A stretch of 64,000 nt of DNA, taken from NCBI GenBank assembly GCA_046563655.1, contig CM102290.1, positions 930,001 through 994,000 on the forward strand, given 5' to 3'. Positions 39,901 through 51,019 of this stretch are shown piece after piece. The translations under genes were made by a program, and so were the position numbers. The notes below the pieces were generated by a model that did not search any database, had not been told where the DNA came from, and saw nothing but the letters and a program-made list of their open reading frames with translations. Position 1 is the stretch's first letter. Each line of letters begins with the position of its first letter. The stretch comes from Yuukianura sp. NJ FZ-2021. Taxonomy: Eukaryota.

Positions 39901-41624
39901 CATCTTCCAAAAACTAGATCCCGATACCAGTGATCTACACTTAACCTCTCACAAAGTCTAAAAGGTTTTGTTCCCACGTTTAGCCCCATTCAAAATTTGG
40001 GACACTTGAAATGGACCAACATGTTGGTCCATATCAAATTAATTACGTTCAAACTTTCAACAGTAGTTGAACTGAATTACGCTTCGAAAACGGTTGAACG
40101 TGATTTTTTGAAAGCATCTTCTTTGCAGAAACCCTGAAAGATTTTTTTTAACTGTTTGGTCATGCTTCAATTAAATAAAATGAGTTTCCTAAAAAACGAC
40201 ATCTACAATGACTATTTGTAAAGAATGAAAAGTCGACGCCTTATCCAGTAAACTTATTAACACCAATTGGTATCAAAGGTAAAATCGTATGATTTGATTG
40301 CAAAAATAGATTCTTTTCTTGGTAGATAAGGTTCATTTGACGTTTAATTGCCAGTTAACTCCCAAATCAACTTGCAATTAAACGACATTAGCTTACTAGC
40401 AAAAGAAGAAATTTGGGGATTCATTTTTGAAAAAAAAAACTAAATTGTAATGAGAATGATAAATCGTTGGTCTTCTGCTTTCGGGAGAAGCCGCCTCCCG
40501 TTTTCTGTTGTTGGGGCCACTTTTTAAACTAAAATTTGCATTTACACTTCATTAAATAATAACTCTGTAGATGTTCATAGGAAACGGAGGTAATTTTTGA
40601 ACCTGCCACCCGGATTTTATTGCAGCTTCCAACCGCTTTGTAGTACACACACTAAGATTTTTTGGGAGTGTCATTAAAATTGAAATTTACAGTGTTACAG
40701 GTTACATAACCAAAATAAGAAAATATGACATACGGTTGTGCAGTGCTTAACAAAAAATTATAGAAGTTATGGTTGAGTAAAAAAATGGATTTTTTTATTC
40801 AACCGTATTCGTATGCTAAAAAAATTGTAATTTTTTAAAATGAAAATCTGCAACACTTTTAGACATAAGAGATAGGCTTAGGCTGTTCCACTTTGCGTCT
40901 GAAGAAACACAGAAAAAAAGTTGCAAAACTTTAAAAAAAATGTAAAACGTGAAATGAATTTGCAAAAAAGAAGACACTTGACCTTAGCAAGGTTCAGGTT
41001 AACCACAAATTTGAACTGAAAGGAGGCTACATCGCTTCTTGCGCACTCCATAGTGATTGACACAGCACTTTCTCTTATTTCATTCAAAGTGGTAGGTTTT
41101 GATGTCAATCAGCATTGCACTTTACAAGGAAACCGTTGGCACCCACGGCATTTATCACTCACGACTCCTCAAAGTAGAAAGGTATGAACGTAAACCATTT
41201 TAAAGATATTTTGATAAAAATAAAGTACAAAATGGGGCTACAAATGCAAACGCTTGATAAATAAGTATGAACTGCTACCTTTCTCCTCTTTGAATCCATT
41301 AGTTAAAAAAAGCGGTCCTCTGTCTCGGAACGCTGAACTTCCGAGCGTCTGTCGAATCAGTTTGACATCCGCAACTACGACTGCGTAGATTGACCCCAAC
41401 TGCAGCCCAAATACCCGTCCATACTGTTGAGTCAATGCCGTCAGTTTCTTGTACGGAAATTTCCTATCCAAAAGTGGCAAATAGCCTAAGAATGGAACTC
41501 CCATTGGCCCCGGTGGAACATTCCGATTCCTGATGTCCAAAATGGCAGCACTAACCACAATAGTTGTCACAATTGCAAAGAAAACTGAATGGTTGTTCAA
41601 AATAAGCTCCACAATGTCCCACAT
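36963..41624 (-). CDS. CYP306A1: CYP306A1/phantom-like P450 lacking heme-binding and catalytic residues (candidate pseudoenzyme), 8 exons, 494 aa
   Basis: Exons 41279-41624, 39387-39514, 38840-39039, 38624-38780, 38209-38343, 37741-37896, 37219-37393, 36963-37150 sum to 1485 nt with matching phases and no stop. Phantom-type segments RGPLFLTNG, TMVIPLLWAV, P.QTG. Syntenic with CYP18A1. Confidence 0.85.
38421..38610. repeat. Degenerate fold-back element in a phantom-like intron
   Basis: Inverted arms AAAATACAAAACA..GAAAATTTCCTTACTC..ATTGTCATTGCAAAAT and their complements. Shares blocks with the element at 39111-39357. Confidence 0.65.
39111..39357. mobile_element. Tc1/mariner-pogo type MITE, 247 bp
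   Basis: TA|CAGTAGTTTCTCCAACTTACGGCATTGTACAAA ... TTTGTACAATGCCTAAGTTGGAGAGGCTACTG|TA: CAGT termini with a TA target site. Confidence 0.8.
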
Positions 41625-41670
41625 TTTCTCTAAGAAGTAGCCTCAAATCTGGCTGGACAGATTCGATGTG

Positions 41671-41686
41671 AGGTCAACTGAGGTCA
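41671..41686. promoter_or_regulatory. Nuclear-receptor DR4 element just upstream of the phantom-like ATG
   Basis: AGGTCA-ACTG-AGGTCA, two perfect half-sites 47 nt from the start codon. Confidence 0.45.
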
Positions 41687-43799
41687 AATGGCGCGAGGAA
41701 TAACTTTACAGGGCACTGCATCTACTGAGGAACGGCTTGACCTCTTCCGCAGAGGTGTAGCTGGCTGTAGTCAATGAAAGAAACTGGATGGGCTTGGGTT
41801 TGGGTTTCTCTCTGCCAAATTGTTGGTGACCAGTTTAGGTAACTGGGGGCGAAGAGAATGTGCTGAAATGCTTTTGGATTTAAAATCTCGTGGTTTTCTT
41901 CAATCCTTGTTTCCTTGATCTCCCTCTTTGACTTCCGACCCCCTTAACATGTCGGCAAAATTCAAGGTTTCATCCCTGGCCTAAATGACGAGACACTACG
42001 GTTGATCCTGAACTTGACTTTGGGCCACTGTATATTACACATTTTCGATTAAACGAAATTCGCAACACAAGAATTTGGGTCAGTCGACTTAGTTTATGTT
42101 TGTAAAGGATGATTGATTCAACATTTTCTAAACTTTGATTCGAATCAATAGCTTTAGTCGTAGAATTAAAAATAAAATATCTTTATAAAAAAACGACTAT
42201 GAATCCTCATTTGAGTTCAAATATATTGGGCAATAACCTCAAATTTCAATTTAATTTTCTTGCTCAACACAGTTCGTAGATTTTAAAAAAATAGACGTGA
42301 ATTCGTTTCATTGATTTTAAAATAATTTAATATTTTAAAATTTTAAAAATAAGACAAATTAAAGTAGTAGAAAAAAAAATTTTTTTTTGAAATAATCATT
42401 CATTCGTGGAGGAGGAGAATACAAAGTTCAAGTTGAAGAGAAAGTGAGAACATTTACTGGTTGCAAAAAGTATTCAATTACTGAAATTTCCAATATTGCT
42501 TTCTTTTCGCAAATTTCCCCCAGTAATAGTTGTTGCCAAAAATCTTGACTCTGAAACACCCTCACTTTTGCTCTACAGAAGCAACAGAACGTTTGCTCCA
42601 TTGTGTTGCCGGGGGGAAGATGCCTTTTGACATAGTGAGGACATTACTAAATGCCAAATTTCACCCCTTTTGAACTGCAAATGGCAAACTCACCCCCTTC
42701 TGTCCTCCCCCCACCTAACAGACCCCCTAGTCTGGGAGATGTGTATAATAATAGACCCCTCCTATCATATCATTACCATATTATATTATGTACAACATAT
42801 TATAATATGTTGTTGACTCCTCATCAGTTGAACACGACCAACACAATTCAAATTTTAATTTAAGTTATACTTGTCTTCATCCCCCAACAACAGAGGAAAT
42901 TTGGAAATTATTGTAGGTTAGCTGTGTATGCATGGGGTGCTTAGATTTTTTACAAAAATTTTAAAAGAATTTTTATTACTACTTAAGCATGTTACTTTAG
43001 GTTAGGTAATGCTGATATTATAGTAAATGAAATATTATATACTACACTTATTGGAATTCTACAAGAGTAAGCATAACTTATTGGTATCAAGGCCTATTTT
43101 ATTATAAGTGAAAGCGTTTGTGCGCTTGTGCTGGGTTATACGAAATTGTACATACCTATGTTATTGTTAAAGCAAATTACTAAAAGTACAGCTCTGTTGA
43201 AAAAGCAGTTGGTTTACACGCAAGCGCTTTAGGGTCGAAGACACGCTTAATTTGTTGTCTCAAATTTGGCCAAGAAATACAACATTTTTGCGTTATCAAT
43301 TTCGCTAAATTGTACAATGTTGCAAAAATTTTTGCAAAATGGGTTACGCACTCGCATTAAGTAACAGCATCAATTCATCGCGACCGCGAACATTATGTAA
43401 TTTTTAACGTTACCTTTGGGGGTGTACCCATCGAGTGAAACAAATTTGTCGGAAAGCAAATAATGAATTGTATAACTTCATACTCAACGCAAACATTAAG
43501 GATGTTTTCAAAAAATTTTGACTCGCAAGAAGTGGAAGTAAAAATTTTAGCCGTCGAAAAACTTTTCTTTTGCTTTTTCCTCACTTCAATATCCTAGGAA
43601 ACATTCTTGAACGGATGAAAAAATCACACAAAAAAATCATCGAAAACCTACGCCTCTGATGAACCAAAAATAATGTTTGTTCACATAATAATTTTTGTTT
43701 TGTTTTTGGTATAGAATCTGTTTCCAACATAAAATAATAATAATATTAATCATAATAATAATAAAATAAAATTAATAATAAGTTTCCCCAAATGAAACT

Positions 43800-46380
43800 T
43801 TAGACTGCCTCTGCAGAACAGTCGCTATCAATAGTGTAGTCGCTTCGTGACGAAAAAGTGTTTACATTTTCTGAGTTAAATATTTCCAATCCCACTGCTC
43901 TCCTGTCTGGGGTTTCCAGAATCCTAGCGGAGGATTGAAGGTCACGAAGGTCATTGACCTTTTGAGTACTTGGGACAATATTACTTGAAGTATGAGCCAG
44001 AGACGGTGGCGTCGGCGACCTGGAAATTGATGTCGTAGTGATGAAAATGAGTTCAGGTCGAAATTCACGAGTAGAAGAAATGTGTGGAAAGTTTGGGCGT
44101 GGAAGTTGCGTCGTTCTGAAACTCGTTGTGCACACTGGCGACGATGGATTGTGTCTCCGCAGTACCAAATCCCGCCTTGTGAGCATTCCGTTGACTTCGA
44201 GACCTGGATGAACAATAGGGGAGCGCCTGGTTCGGAAACACCGTGACCACCGTGTAGCCTCCATTCGGAAATGTTCGTTTAGCCAACAGTAAATGTAAGG
44301 ATTGTAACAGGAACTGGACATTGCAATCATGTGACAAACAAGGATGGTAGATGAGTCAGGGCGAAATAGACCGAAGTGAGTAAGAAGATGATAGATGTTG
44401 ATTGGAGCCCAGGAAATACCGAAGCAAATGACGGTGAGTACGAGCATCTTTACTGTTCGGATTTTAGCGCGTGACTGAGCTTCCGCTTGTCGCGGAGTTG
44501 TCGAACCTAGTACAAATTGTTAAACAGTTTTGTGTCATTTCCAGTAAACTGCAAAAGATTTGCATGTGTCTGTTTCAATAAGTTGTGATTTGGAAACTTT
44601 TGAAACTTCAAGAAAATGAAAATGTCATTTCGGAAAACTTAATGTCACGTCGTTAGTTATCGAGTTTAACAGCTTTTGTTGTTGCCATTATACCTCTAAA
44701 TTAAGTTCTTTTCGGATTATTAAGTGTTTCACGGAAGATGACTTTCTCTGGAATCGGAAAATGGGCAAAGTTCTTATCGAGGGCAACAGCCAAAGTAAAA
44801 GTAAAAATGAAGAGTCAGCACTTAATCAAAACTTTCTTTTTCCATAGTTTAAGAACTAGGCTTGTGGGATTACGGAAAACTGGACCATCTTGGAAGGCTT
44901 AAATTAATTAAAACGCTTCCAAAGTTATCTCGAAGATTTTTTGGAAACATTAATTTTTTGTGCTTACCTAAAGCTGTTGAACTGTGAAGTCTTCGCATAA
45001 TGGCCACATAGGACAATGTCGTTAGACTAAGTGGAATCAAGTACTGTAGCAGAAATGTTCCCACGGTGAGAAATTGGCGAGACCTGATTGAATCGAATTC
45101 TGCTTGACAACGTTTCACTACAGCCAAAGTTAGCACATGGACGATCTAAAAATGAACAAAAAGTTTGAAACTAAAAAGAGGACCTTTGGGGCAGTTTCTT
45201 TTCTAACAAACTTTTACTTGAACAAACACATATAGTGTTTTTTCTTTACTTGATGATGGAGAGCATAGGGTAGAGAAAGTAGAAGCGCCAGTATCCAAAT
45301 CCCGATAACAATTGGTATTCCTTCGGAACTTTTCATTCGACGTCCCAATGGATTCATTATGACCTGGAGGAACACCGCCCAGTAAGTTAGAACAAGAATT
45401 TTTTTTTTTTAAATTTGATTTGGAATGCTAGAACTGGGTGAGAAAAGGAGCGTTTACCTGGTAGCGATCAAGCGCTATGACTGCCATTGTGTAAGAAATG
45501 ACGTAGACGGCAGTTACCTAACCAATTACGGAAGTGTTAATCATTTTAATAGTTATTACTTCCCCAATTTTGATTATAAATTTTGAAAATTTTAGCAATG
45601 TGTATCCAAAATTTACCTGGAGAAATGGAACAATGTGGCAGAGAAAGGGACCGAATGGCCATTCTTTTAAAATGACGCGAGCAGCGCTAAATGGTATGTT
45701 GATTGTAGCCATCATTAGATCAGCGACTGCTAGATTCGCCAACAGTACATGCGTCAACGTATGCAGTCTTCTGCTTTTGATCACAAGCTGAAGCATCAAA
45801 CAATTTTTCATAAACATTTTTGAAAAGAAGCTAAACATGGTCTAATTTTTCGAAATTAAACACCTTTTATTACCTGCACTACGAGCAAATTTCCAACAAT
45901 GGCGACTGCCGCAATGATAATATACGCGAATATAATGAAGATGTGTTTCACTGGCATCGTCGTCTCCGCACTGTCACTCATCATGTCATTCAAGTCAGCA
46001 ATATCTGCAGCGGACAAATTCAAATCAAAGTCAGAATTTAGCATTGTTACAGTAGGTGTCTGAATGTCGTCTCCTAACAACTTCCTCGACATCTTCCCAT
46101 CATCAGACTCTCTATTCAGCGACATTTTTAGGGCTTTGATGAACTCGTTTAAATTTTGAGCCAAAATGTCGTCGTCATGGTCAACGTCCGTATCATCCTT
46201 CCAGTCCTCACCTGTGTCTCCTGAGTACACGTTCACTTCATGGCCATAGACTGCTGTTGGAGTAGAATTGACCTCCACGACTGTTCCCATTTTGTTAGCA
46301 ACGCTCTTTCGTTGATTCGGGTACAAACTTCGCAGAATTTCTCTGAGCTTCTCTGCTAAGTGGGCGTCAGTTGATGTCAT
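43800..46380 (-). CDS. Class A neuropeptide GPCR, GPR83/RYamide/NPY-receptor-like
   Basis: GNLLVV (TM1), LANLAVADLM..PF (TM2), WPFG.FLC, DRY, YLIPL (TM5), SWAP (TM6), AMSSSCYNPYIYCWLNEHFR (TM7). About 6 exons. Confidence 0.88.
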
Positions 46381-48568
46381 GGCTCTTCCCTCAAGTCAAG
46401 TCCAGTTTCCCATTCCACAATTTTGTAAATTCGTTACGCAAGATATGTTTCAAAAGTTCTGAGCAAAATTACTTGAAAATCCAAACACGGAAACATACTA
46501 AGACAACTTGGAAGTTAGAACAAAATGTGAACGCTTCACTGGAAGTTTAGGAAGAAACTAAAAAGTTTCGAAAATAGACATTCATTTCTGCCTTGTTTCC
46601 TATTCCACAGCGCCGGTCTCTTTCCACTTGACTTGGAAACAAAGAAAAGCTGTAGATGAATAGAAAAAGTCGTTTTTTTGTTATTGTGCAGAAAGTGTTT
46701 TCCAAAAAAAAAGGCACGAAAATGAAATTAACATTGCTGAAATGAGTCCAAAAATTAATGTTACGGTTGTATTATTTTAATTTTTTTTTTTGGAAGAAAC
46801 GGACTTTTAGATGTTCCGTGATTAAATTCAATTTGAAACGTAAAATGGATCAATGGAGTTTGCACAGTTCCTTCTTGAATTTGGAAAATATAGTCGTTGC
46901 ATAGTAGTTTAAACTTCTTGGGATTCAAATCAGAATCCGCCTTTTCCTGATTCTTCAAACATGATCAGTTTTTTTTATATTTCGAAGAGATACGTCGAAT
47001 CACACCTTGGCTACGGTAAAATTTTCATTTTGAATTTTATTGGAATTCAAATGTAATGCGAACGTTCACGAACATCACGTTGAATCATCATGTGAACAAT
47101 TTCTCAGAAGTAGCGACATTCACGTCTATCCGCATTGAACTAATTTCACTTTTTAGGATTCATATTGTTTGGAAAAGTTACTCTTTTTCTGTACTCGGAC
47201 TCCAGCACTTTTGCGAAAATTAAATCAATGATGTTGCTTACTCTAGTTAATTTGTTCTTCCACTGCTGATTTCTATTAATTCAATTTCTTTAATACAACT
47301 TTCCTTGGAAATGGTGTCATGCCTATGTTGAAATCAATGAAATCTTTATCTAAACGGGCAACAACTCCATGAAAATGGTGGTTCTCGAAACCTCGCGTCA
47401 CATTGGTGGTCCGTGATACGAGTCTCACGAGCGGTCACAGGCCATTTGCTTGAAGAAGCATATGAAATCGTGGAGACTTGATACATGGCTGTGACGAAGC
47501 AGAAGAGGATAGGAAGTGAAAGTAGAGAAAGTCTTTGGCGAAGTTGATTTCGAACGAAGATTAGCAGGCTTATTCCGTGCTGTCGACTTCCCACACTGAC
47601 AACACCATATTTTTTCAGACGCTGCTATTTTCTTACTTTCTATCAGATTTGATTCACGGGAAGTCTCGGATAATTCTGGAAAAAAAGAAGGAAAAACACA
47701 AGAAACACTACGGAATACGCCATCACTGCCAACTCACGATATTCCAAGAACATAAGAAAATTGGCAAAAGGTTCTTCAAGCCTATAAATGCATATCGGTC
47801 CATGCGATCGATCGGCAAATTCATCCAGAACAAGAGCCAAACTTTGGTGCGTGGAAGGTTCTGATGACCCGAAATTCGTGATTCTGTGAAGTCCGTGACC
47901 TCCTGGGGTCCCCGGGCAAAATAACCAAAAATTCGATAACAACAAATAACAATCCAGTGTCAGATAAGATGAACTTTGCTCTGATCAGACATCGGCAAGA
48001 AAGAGCAATTAAGTTGTTCCATGTCCATGCCATTTGTTCGAATGAATTGGTTCCAACGTAAAAGTTTCGAAAGATTACATAACTTCTAAAAACCTAACAT
48101 TTTAGAAACAAAGTTTTTAGAGACAATTCTCCTTTAGAACCAACTCATTTGAGGATCTACGGCGTATTTGGAATTAAGTCTTATGTGTGAAGCGTATTAA
48201 TTAATTTGGGGTAAATAATAATCATTTATTAACATTTATGCTCTTAATTAATAAATTCTAATTAAAATAAACCAACAAATATATTTGATAGCCCTGAAAG
48301 GATCCAAAATGCCCAACATCGTTGAAATCGCGGGAACTTCAGTATTTTGAAATGGTGGAGCTTTTTGTTACACCAGAAAAAACGAAAACAGTGTTGAAAG
48401 TTAATTTTCATCAAAAACGATTTGAATTTTGCTTTCTACAACGATTTCCAAGAAGATTATACTTTTCGTTTTTCTAGTTTCGTCATCCCCTCATCCCTTG
48501 TTAAAACGTAAAAGTTTAGTGTTTGTAAGTATTTTGAACAGTGAAGGACAACTCCAACTTACTTTCTA

Positions 48569-49209
48569 ATGCCGAGGTAAGGTTTTTTTTTAAAAGTTAT
48601 ATCCTCATATTAAACTTAAGTGGTATCTGATTGTGATTATGGTTTTATTTTTGCAGGGACAGGATTCGCAGTCGTGAGCGTGAACGAGGAGACACACACC
48701 GAGACCGTGGAAGGAGAGATCGAAGTCGTGACCGTGAAAAGGATAGAAGCCGTAGCCGGGATAGAGATAGACTGACAAGAGATAGAAGGGCCCGAAGTCG
48801 CGATAACGATAGGAACCGAAGTCGTGACAGAGATAGAAGAGATCGCCGAAATAGGAGCCGAGATCAACTAAAAAGTCGTAGCAGGAGTCGCAGTAGAGGT
48901 AGAGGAGGTCGTGACAGAAGTCGGAGTCGAAGTCGAAGCAGGGACAGGACAAAAGATAGGAAGAATTCAGCGAAGGATGAATCTAAGGAAATTGCCGTGG
49001 TTGATCTCACGGAGGACGATCTAGTTGATAAGACAGACGATGAAATTTCGATGCTGAAAATGATGGGATTCTGTGGATTTGATACTACGAAGAACAAGAA
49101 AGTGCCTGGGAACACCGAAGGGGCTGTTCATCAAGTCGTTCAAAGAAAATACCGACAGTATATGAACCGGAAAGGCGGATTCAACCGGCCTTTAGATTAT
49201 GTTAACTAG
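48569..49209 (+). CDS. SNRNP27: U4/U6.U5 tri-snRNP 27 kDa protein
   Basis: Exon 48569-48576 plus exon 48657-49209. RS/RD-rich N-terminus, then [16 protein letters not shown]...[18 protein letters not shown]. Confidence 0.95.
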
Positions 49210-49836
49210 ATCTTTCATTTTTCTCAATTCTATTCAGTTTGAATTGTTCAAAGTTAAAACTTGAAAAAAACAAAAAATCCTTTTGGGTTGACAAAATACT
49301 TAGAAAAAGGCTTGATGGCCCCAACAAATACAATGTAACCACATTTTCAGCCACATAGATTGTAAGTATTAATACTTTTGATAATAAAAATAATTTACAC
49401 TTATTAGTGTATCAATTATCTGGAGATATTCTGGATTGAGCTATGATTTAAGCCATTAAAGTTCAACGTTGTTAAATATTTTGTCCAATAAATTTATACA
49501 GGTGAGGCTGTTAAAAGAATTTGCTATGTTTGAACCTACAAACCTTTATTTGTAACAAGTTCATTTGAAAATGAGTGAGAATTAATCGATTAATTTAACC
49601 TTATCGTTCCTGTAATGCAATGGTGTAGAATGAGGCGCCAGTTTTAGGTTTTTTTGAGGAACTTATTTTCCGGGTTTTGTGTCTCTTGTTTGCATATGAG
49701 ATGACCGACCATGTGTTTCCATTAACATGGTGTTAAATTAATGCAACAGGTTCTTTTAGTATTAATTCAATTTCTCTTCCTAAACTTTAATTAAGTTTAG
49801 ACTCCATTTGTCAACTTTGGCAATCAATTTTGAAGA

Positions 49837-50853
49837 ATGTCAGCCAATTTTGCAAGATTCACTGAGCTCGGAAGAAAAATTGTAGCAGTTGGCAGAAATT
49901 ACCGGTAAAAACCTGTCATTCCTTGTTCTAATTTAATTTTAGTTGTGAACTTGATGATTATTCAGTCATTTACTAAAATTTGTATCAATTCCTCTAATAA
50001 TCGGTTTGTAATTTCAGGGATCATGCATTAGAACTAGGAAATCCAATACCAAAAGAGCCTTTGCTGTTCATGAAACCACCATCAGCTTACGTTTTGGAAG
50101 GAGGAACAATCAAAGTAACGTCTCTTTTTAATTGTTGCAAATTTGTTGAAATTGATTATATTATTCCATAAAAGTGATCAGAAGTAATTGTATTTTTATA
50201 AGATTCCAAAAGGATGTGACAGTCTTCACCATGAAGTTGAACTTGGAATTGTCATCGGAAGCAGAGGAAGCGACATCAACGAGGCTGATGCCATGAACCA
50301 TGTTGCCGGATACGCTTTGGCTTTAGACATGACGAACAGAACATTACAAGTAAGGATCGTATGCCACTTTAACTATATAAAGTATAACATTATGTTCACG
50401 TTTTAGAATACTGCCAAAAAACAGGGACTTCCCTGGGAACTTGCAAAAGGGTGAGTTGTAGCCGGTTGGTGACTTTAAAGTATTCCATGGTTTCTGTCTG
50501 AATATACAATATCACTATAACACATCTTCCTATTCTTCATTTCCAGGTTTGACACCTCTTGTCCAGTGAGTGCCTTTGTACCAAAGACGATTATACCGAA
50601 TCCGCAGAATGTGGAACTGTGGTGCAAGGTCAACGGGGAATTGAAACAACAAGGAAATACAAAAGACATGATTTTCAGTATTCCTTACCTCATCTCCTAC
50701 ATTTCTCAGCACTTTACGCTGGAACCCTACGACGTGATTTTAACCGGTACCCCAGCTGGAGTTGGTCCAGTTGTGGCAGGAGATCGTATTGAAGCTGGGC
50801 TAACCTCTCGCAACGATGTAATTAATATTAGCTTCCAAGTACAGAATAAGTAA
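49837..50853 (+). CDS. FAHD1: Fumarylacetoacetate hydrolase domain-containing protein 1 (acylpyruvase/oxaloacetate decarboxylase)
   Basis: KIVAVGRNY-DHALELGN, PLLFMKP, LHHEVELG, GYALALDMT.R, GLPWELAKGFDTSCPVS, DVILTGTPAGVG across 5 exons. Confidence 0.95.
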
Positions 50854-51019
50854 AAGTGCAAAGTATTTTAGTTCATAGCTTTCAATTCCTTGACAATATT
50901 GTAACCCGTGGGCAACAACAATACAACAAATTGGACGGACACGGTTACGTAATATACTGTTCTGTCATTCGAATTTGCAGGTTTTTGTGAACTCTTGGTA
51001 ACATAACAGTACTAATTTT

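Noticed and set aside
48605..49115. Repetitive minus-strand ORFs
   Set aside because: Antisense shadows of the RS-rich SNRNP27 coding region.
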